20,000 nucleotides of DNA, taken from IMG/VR virus record IMGVR_UViG_3300029288_000147, one strand, 5' to 3'. A program made the translations under genes and the position numbers. The notes beneath the pieces are model-generated. The model was not told the DNA's origin, did no database searches, and saw only the letters and a list, made by a program, of their open reading frames with translations. Source of the stretch: an uncultured virus (IMG/VR IMGVR_UViG_3300029288_000147). Its lineage: Duplodnaviria > Heunggongvirae > Uroviricota > Caudoviricetes. This document shows positions 17,139-20,000 of this stretch, piece by piece. Within the stretch, counting starts at the first letter, position 1; each line of letters opens with the position of its first letter.

Positions 17139-17546
17139 TTACCTCTTTTTGTTTTTTTGCTTATCTTCATTAATAGGTTCGTTATTCGTATCATAATATC
17201 TTGAAATCAATGGATATAAATCCTCAACAAGTGCTAAACTTCTTTGATTTAATGATTGATATTCTTTTCTTAATCCTTCTGCAACCTTTGACAATTCTCT
17301 TAATGATTTTGTATTTCTTGATAATGTTTTTTTATCAAAAATATCATCACCTTGTTCCATAATATGACGTGAGCTTTCATTAGCTATGTATTGAATTCTT
17401 TTTAATGGTGCATCTATGTTCATATTTTTGAATGATTCAGCTATTTGTTCAAACTCTTTTATTTCAGAAAATAATCTTTTTACATCAACAGGCATCTCTT
17501 GTTGTTTTTGTTCTATAGCTTCTTTTATTATAGATTTTAATTTCAT
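17139..17546 (-). CDS. hypothetical head-module protein (helical)
   Basis: MKLKSIIKE N-terminus; lies between protease and scaffold. Confidence 0.85.
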   Translation of the reverse strand: MKLKSIIKEAIEQKQQEMPVDVKRLFSEIKEFEQIAESFKNMNIDAPLKRIQYIANESSRHIMEQGDDIFDKKTLSRNTKSLRELSKVAEGLRKEYQSLNQRSLALVEDLYPLISRYYDTNNEPINEDKQKNKKR

Positions 17547-17548
17547 TT

Positions 17549-18148
17549 TTATTTTCCTAATAATGTTTGACTCATTAATCTATCTAATTCAATATATTTT
17601 AAATCTTTAGTACTTAATTCTTTTGATTCTTTAAGTAAAAATGCACCTTCGGTTGATGGCTGAGATACTAAATCGAACGTGATCAGTTCATAATCAGGTT
17701 CAACAATTGAAACTCTTGAACTGTCTTTTGGGAATATACTTTCTTTCACAGAGCCAACACCTCTACTTGATACACCTAACTTAACTCCACTTAAAACCAT
17801 TCCTTTAACGTCATTACCTTTTGTTGTAGGAAGAATTTCTAATTTACCCATTAAATCTTTTCCTTGCCACCATAAATCTCTTATAATATGAGACACATTT
17901 GCCAAGTTAACAATAATAGATTCTGGGTGATCTGCTTCTCCTAATGCTCGATCTTCAGCTATGACTTTCATAAACTTATCTGCTTGAGCCTTTAATATCT
18001 CATACGGATAAATTCTTTTATTCTGATTTGGTGAATCAGCACGTTGAAAAACACCAGAAAGTATTAATTTCCCAGTTTTTTCATATTCTTCATTCAATAA
18101 ATTTTTATCAAATGATAATATATTATATTCAGTTAATAATTTTGACAT
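17549..18148 (-). CDS. gp21: T4 gp21-like prohead core protease
   Basis: NQNKRIYP, ALGEADHP (His), GVSSRGVGS (Ser), FDLVSQPS. Confidence 0.95.
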   Translation of the reverse strand: MSKLLTEYNILSFDKNLLNEEYEKTGKLILSGVFQRADSPNQNKRIYPYEILKAQADKFMKVIAEDRALGEADHPESIIVNLANVSHIIRDLWWQGKDLMGKLEILPTTKGNDVKGMVLSGVKLGVSSRGVGSVKESIFPKDSSRVSIVEPDYELITFDLVSQPSTEGAFLLKESKELSTKDLKYIELDRLMSQTLLGK

Positions 18149-18152
18149 TTAT

Positions 18153-18476
18153 TTATTCCCAATTTACTTTTTTAATTTGATCCCAACTATCTATACCTAA
18201 TCCTTTTAATAATGCTTTATTAACTCTATATGCATCAACAGTTCTTACACAAAGTTCATAATTGCTACGATTTCTTATTAATTCTACTTTGAAACCACCA
18301 TTCTTTATTATTTTTAATGCTTTTTTTGCTCTTTCAATATTATTTGTACTCCAAATAGTTTCTAATTTAGCAGAAGAACCTCCATCTAATAGTTTATCAC
18401 CGCCAATATGTGTATCTGTTTCTTTTAAAAATTGTTCTAATAATGTTTTTAATTTTATTTTGTCTGATGTTTTCAT
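18153..18476 (-). CDS. hypothetical protein, possible internal head protein
   Basis: N-terminal KLKTLLEQFLKE resembles a cleavable propeptide. Confidence 0.75.
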   Translation of the reverse strand: MKTSDKIKLKTLLEQFLKETDTHIGGDKLLDGGSSAKLETIWSTNNIERAKKALKIIKNGGFKVELIRNRSNYELCVRTVDAYRVNKALLKGLGIDSWDQIKKVNWE

Positions 18477-18487
18477 TTTACTTACCC

Positions 18488-19141
18488 TTAATATTTAATT
18501 GTATTATTCTTACTCCAGTAATTCTTTCTCGCAACGCTCATTTTAGTTTTTGTCTCATTTGTAACTATCTTACCCCTATTACCATCTCCTATTTTTCTTT
18601 TATGCTCATCACATAAATGCTTCCCATACATTGGGTGATTTTTACCCAATTTTGATTTACTAATGTTGTTTTTATGAAGACCGGTAAATATTCTATTTTT
18701 ACATGATTTGCTTATTTTTTCTTTTGTTTCTTCAGAATGGTTAAATAATCCTCTTGTTCCTTTTAATTTAGATGTTTTACCTTTTAGGGATTGACTTATT
18801 CTTCTTTTTGTTTCTTCTGAATAACAATTTTTTAATCCTTTATTCCAGGGGATTCGACCTTTTAATGAATTACTTAATTTATTTCTTGTTTTATTTGAAC
18901 ATTTATAATTTAATCTGTACCACCCTATAGTAATGTTACATAAATTTTCTAAACCTATTTCTTTTATTAACTGTTTTTCTTTTTCATATACATTTTTTTC
19001 ATTTGGTATTTTGTTATTTTTTACATTATTATAATGATCATACATTCTTTCTTTATAACCTTTTCCAATATAAAAAATTTTGTTATCATTTGGGTCAATG
19101 AGTTCATAAACATAATATAATTTTTCTTTTTTGTCATTCAT
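18488..19141 (-). CDS. GIY-YIG homing endonuclease-like protein with NUMOD3 repeats (possibly degenerate)
   Basis: YYVYELIDP..KIFYIGKG...R...H; HSEETKEKIS, GRIPWNKG, GKNHPMYGK; start refined to MNDKK at 19141. Confidence 0.85.
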   Translation of the reverse strand: MNDKKEKLYYVYELIDPNDNKIFYIGKGYKERMYDHYNNVKNNKIPNEKNVYEKEKQLIKEIGLENLCNITIGWYRLNYKCSNKTRNKLSNSLKGRIPWNKGLKNCYSEETKRRISQSLKGKTSKLKGTRGLFNHSEETKEKISKSCKNRIFTGLHKNNISKSKLGKNHPMYGKHLCDEHKRKIGDGNRGKIVTNETKTKMSVARKNYWSKNNTIKY

Positions 19142-19143
19142 AT

Positions 19144-19992
19144 TTATTCTTCGACCGCACATGGAGGAGTATTTCTGATTTTTTCATTTTTTAAATAATG
19201 ATAACGAATTTTTCTTTTTGCCTTATTTAAATCGTTCTCTACAGCTAGAACTTGTATACCTTTATTTTTTCCTGATGGGCAAAAACACCCAATATATATA
19301 CCATTATTTTCTTCGTTGTCCTCATATATATAATATTTACCACCTACCTGATTACCTTCATAAGGAAAATATCCGTCTTCTTCTTTTACAATTTTTTTCT
19401 TATATTGAGGAAGACCTGGATTGATATATTCTCTTTTTAATATTTTTCTTAATAATGGATAATTTGCTGATTCATTTAAATTAGAATGATTTAATGTTCT
19501 CTTATATGATGTTAATACATGAGTTTGCGAATTTCCATTAACAAAATATACTTCACTACTTATTATTTCTGGTATTTGATTAACTAGTGCTCTATTTAAA
19601 TCAGTTATTTTACTTTTACCACAACCTTCAAGTGGCACAAGTATTTTATTTCCAATTTTATCATTCTTCCAATATCCATTATATTTTTTTAACGTTTTTT
19701 CTATTTTCTTTATATGCATTGGCGGTAATATTTTGCCATTTGAAACTTTAAAAAAAATAGTCCAATTTAATTTATGAGAACTCTCATTTAATGATTCATC
19801 AATCATTTTTTTGTATAAATCAGCTTGATGTTCACCAAATTTTGATTTTAATATACCATATATAGCATCTTTATCTACTTTTTTTCTTTTAAGCGAATTA
19901 ATTAAATTTGTAATTCTCGAGTTTACTTTAGAAGGAACTGTATCTATAAGTGGATGGAATGCTGATTCATTTAATGATTTAATTTTATCTAA
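19144..19992 (-). CDS. hypothetical protein with repeated LNES motifs (possible internal head protein); 5' end uncertain
   Basis: ORF track starts at ATG 19806, but the frame is open and protein-like up to an in-frame TAA at 19993-19995. Confidence 0.7.
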   Translation of the reverse strand, partial: LDKIKSLNESAFHPLIDTVPSKVNSRITNLINSLKRKKVDKDAIYGILKSKFGEHQADLYKKMIDESLNESSHKLNWTIFFKVSNGKILPPMHIKKIEKTLKKYNGYWKNDKIGNKILVPLEGCGKSKITDLNRALVNQIPEIISSEVYFVNGNSQTHVLTSYKRTLNHSNLNESANYPLLRKILKREYINPGLPQYKKKIVKEEDGYFPYEGNQVGGKYYIYEDNEENNGIYIGCFCPSGKNKGIQVLAVENDLNKAKRKIRYHYLKNEKIRNTPPCAVEE

Positions 19993-20000
19993 TTAATCAG

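Noticed and set aside
2202..19424. Plus-strand ORFs in the track (e.g. 2202-2426, 3110-3376, 9176-9475, 12991-13281, 16459-16698) and nested minus-strand ORFs (11630-11812, 14875-15129, 16301-16558)
   Set aside because: They are antisense or alternate-frame shadows of well-supported genes, with F/L/S/I-rich composition and no recognisable motifs
1..20000. Genome-wide TAG reassignment (genetic code 15)
   Set aside because: Capsid, scaffold, protease and lytic genes are uninterrupted in code 11; the TAGs at 440 and 12279 behave as normal ends with only short extensions; no suppressor tRNA is in the window. Only local read-through at 8917 remains open
1..20000. CRISPR array, IS transposase, integrase or invertase
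   Set aside because: No regularly spaced repeats or recombinase/transposase motifs were found; any enzyme acting on the hsp20 inverted repeat would have to be encoded elsewhere

Overview
AT-rich fragment of a large T4-like (jumbo/huge) bacteriophage genome; essentially every real gene is on the minus strand and many have GGAGG-type ribosome-binding sites. The right half is a head-assembly module: putative internal head proteins, gp21-like prohead protease, acidic scaffold/core protein and a 570-aa gp23-like major capsid protein, followed by a Ser/Thr-rich probable virion protein and a holin-like gene. The left half is an accessory region with tRNA-Ser(GCT), a tmRNA (tag ANENFALAA), Hsp20, an SLT lytic transglycosylase, a Nudix hydrolase, a frameshifted SLOG/YspA-like gene, tRNA-Arg(CCT) and many small hypothetical genes. 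Three free-standing homing-endonuclease-like genes are interspersed. The most unusual signals are: a perfect 16-bp inverted repeat bracketing hsp20 whose downstream arm covers the next start codon; a GIY-YIG gene whose TAG sits in frame where the start codon of a conserved paralogous protein would be expected; a 32-bp perfect palindrome abutting tRNA-Arg; and several single-base reading-frame lesions. All family calls come from reading motifs by eye; no searches were run.
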